The position numbers and the translations under genes were made by a program. Under the pieces are notes generated by a model. It was not told the origin of the DNA and made no database searches. It saw nothing but the letters and a program-made list of their open reading frames with translations. A stretch of DNA of 64,000 nucleotides from an uncultured Gammaproteobacteria bacterium (lineage in GTDB: Bacteria; Patescibacteriota; Microgenomatia; UBA8517), in the NCBI GenBank assembly GCA_964587425.1, contig CAZPLB010000001.1, forward strand, positions 145,518 through 209,517, given 5' to 3'. This document shows positions 62,436-64,000 of this stretch, in pieces; positions within the stretch are counted from its first letter, which is position 1; each line of letters opens with the position of its first letter.

Positions 62436-63401
62436 GTGAAAAAACTTGTTTTGCTAGTTTTTGCCTTCATTCTTCTTGGTGTCGTTGGCTTAATTTGGTT
62501 TGTATCAAGCATCTCAGCCTTGAATAGCGACAAGAACTTAAGGCGTTTTATTGTTCAAAAGGGGGAGACGGCTACAATGATTGGAACCAACTTGCAGGAT
62601 GAAGGTTTTATAAAAAGCGCTATTGCCTTCAGAATTTATGCACAGGTAACACAGTCTGCAAAAAACATTAAGCCTGGAGAGTATGATCTTTCTTCAAACC
62701 TATCAATTCGTCAGATTACAGCTAAATTATTAGAAGGTCCTACTGAGATGTGGGTAACTCTTCCTGAGGGGTTAAGGAGGGAGGAGATTGCTTTGCGGTT
62801 TGTTGAGAGTTTTGGTTTGAGGGGAAAAGTTGCAGATGATTTCTACGATTCTTTTTTAGAATTGACCGTTGGGCAGGAAGGATATCTTTTTCCTGACACA
62901 TATTTATTTCCAAAGGATGCGACTCCCTCAATTGTTGTGAAGGCAATTAGGGCAACGTATGATGCGAGAGTTACATTTGGAGTTACAAAAGAACAACTCA
63001 TTATGGCTTCAATTTTAGAGAGGGAGACAATCACAGATGAAGAGAGACCAACTGTTGCAGGAATTCTTTACAAGAGATTAAATGCAGGTTGGCCGTTGCA
63101 GGCTGATGCAACTGTGCAATATGCAGTTGCAACTTCTGTTTGCAGAGCAAACCCAATGACTTGTAAGTGGTGGGAACCAGCAGGGCATGATGACCTCGCT
63201 ATTAATTCTCCCTATAACACATATAAATTTCCTGGGATTCCACCAGCTCCAATATGCAACCCAGGACTATCTTCTTTGAAGGCTGCAGTTAATCCAGTTG
63301 AATCTGACTATTGGTACTACCTTCATGACAGTACTGGGGTTATTCATTATGCAGTAACACTTGAAGAACAGAATGCTAATGTGGTGAAGTATTTGGATTA
63401 G
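62436..63401 (+). CDS. mltG: Endolytic murein transglycosylase MltG (YceG-like)
   Basis: N-terminal TM and YceG core (LPEGLRREEIA, QEGYLFPDTYLFPKDATP, ILERET). Confidence 0.8.
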   Translation: MKKLVLLVFAFILLGVVGLIWFVSSISALNSDKNLRRFIVQKGETATMIGTNLQDEGFIKSAIAFRIYAQVTQSAKNIKPGEYDLSSNLSIRQITAKLLEGPTEMWVTLPEGLRREEIALRFVESFGLRGKVADDFYDSFLELTVGQEGYLFPDTYLFPKDATPSIVVKAIRATYDARVTFGVTKEQLIMASILERETITDEERPTVAGILYKRLNAGWPLQADATVQYAVATSVCRANPMTCKWWEPAGHDDLAINSPYNTYKFPGIPPAPICNPGLSSLKAAVNPVESDYWYYLHDSTGVIHYAVTLEEQNANVVKYLD

Positions 63402-63717
63402 GATATACCGAAATCTTTGATTTTGAGTCAATTGTTAAAATATCTATTCTACCTGCATTATCTATTTCAAGTACAAAGATTTGATGTCCATCACCGTTTC
63501 TGATTTCTCGACGCATTTCCCAATAAAATTCGCTCAATCTTGCGGTATCTATGATAAATGGTCCGTTCAAAGTCAAGGTGAAATTACTGTTGTCTATGCA
63601 ACTGAACCATAATTTAGTGTCTCCAGTACCCGCTTCAAAACCTCCTTGCATCTCAGAGTCTGGGTTTTGGATTAATGCAAGTTCTCCTCCGTCCTTTGTC
63701 TCAAGTAATCTGGCCAT
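63376..63717 (-). CDS. Hypothetical protein (113 aa)
   Basis: ORF only. Convergent with and overlapping the mltG 3' end. Confidence 0.3.
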   Translation of the reverse strand: MARLLETKDGGELALIQNPDSEMQGGFEAGTGDTKLWFSCIDNSNFTLTLNGPFIIDTARLSEFYWEMRREIRNGDGHQIFVLEIDNAGRIDILTIDSKSKISVYPNPNTSPH

Positions 63718-63753
63718 TAAGGCATTTTAATTTATTACTTTCCTTTGTCAAGA

Positions 63754-63762
63754 TGTTATAAT
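63754..63762 (+). promoter_or_regulatory. Extended -10 element (TGtTATAAT) 6 nt upstream of a pilin-like gene start
   Basis: tgttataat read directly from the sequence. The ATG at 63769 leaves no room for a Shine-Dalgarno, which suggests a leaderless transcript. Confidence 0.3.
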
Positions 63763-63768
63763 TTCTTA

Positions 63769-64000
63769 ATGCCAAAGAGAAACGGTTTTACTCCAATAAT
63801 TGTACTTGTTGTAATTTTACTTGTGGTTGGTGGGATTTGGTTGGGAATATCAAAAGTTAGACAAAATCAAAATATAAACCCAGTTTCTTCTCCCGTTCCA
63901 ACAGTTGATACTTCGAACTGGAAGACATACACAAATGAAAATTATAATTTTTTGTTCAAATATCCTAATGATTGGAAAAAGTCTGCAAATGATTCAGATT
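63769..64000 (+). CDS. Pilin-like protein, paralog family member (3' end outside window)
   Basis: N-terminus MPKRNGFTPIIVLVVILLVVGGIWLGISK is the same family as 30749, 31351 and 48119. The mature-domain start NWKTYTNENYNF(L)FKYPN is also shared. Confidence 0.5.
   Translation, partial: MPKRNGFTPIIVLVVILLVVGGIWLGISKVRQNQNINPVSSPVPTVDTSNWKTYTNENYNFLFKYPNDWKKSANDSD

Overview
The window appears to be a chromosomal segment from a low-GC, compact-genome bacterium with Candidate Phyla Radiation-like character. Supporting signs are tightly packed or overlapping genes, many polytopic GT-C glycosyltransferases, pilin-like paralogs, a sortase, a minimal IF-2, an AlaRS catalytic fragment and a Lon AAA+ fragment. 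Gene order runs: groEL 3' end, a LytR_C-domain protein, an M23 peptidase and a tRNA-Cys. Next is a minus-strand operon with metG followed by GT2, GT-C, WecA/MraY-family and UbiA (DPPR-synthase-like) genes, then rmuC, a UvrD helicase fused to an Fe-S RecB/Cas4-like nuclease, two tandem FemAB-family genes and pcrA. A second envelope cluster carries an LCP gene and three GT-C genes. A long minus-strand operon starts with rpsT and carries two pilin-like genes, pilN, pilO and four Thr/Pro/Cys-rich surface proteins, one with a C-terminal LPEAG sorting-signal-like tail. murJ follows, then a CIRCE-controlled hrcA-grpE-dnaK-dnaJ heat-shock operon interrupted by extra small genes, a Nudix gene, a ParB-like plus FHA-like two-gene cassette with its own terminator, nusA-infB, and rpsO-pnp where pnp carries a C-terminal RGG-repeat tail. 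The remaining genes are a Lon AAA+ module without protease domain, a family-4 UDG without Fe-S cysteines, rnj, ftsK, a RodZ-like gene, a Tat-signal gene flanked by 28-bp direct repeats, an AlaRS catalytic fragment, a large membrane protein plus sortase, ruvX, mltG and a further pilin-like paralog. No CRISPR array, rRNA, integrase or transposase was seen. The main candidates for novelty are the sugar-lipid envelope glycosylation loci, the pilus/surface-protein/sortase system, the direct-repeat-flanked insertion, the ParB-like/FHA cassette and the truncated Lon and AlaRS.
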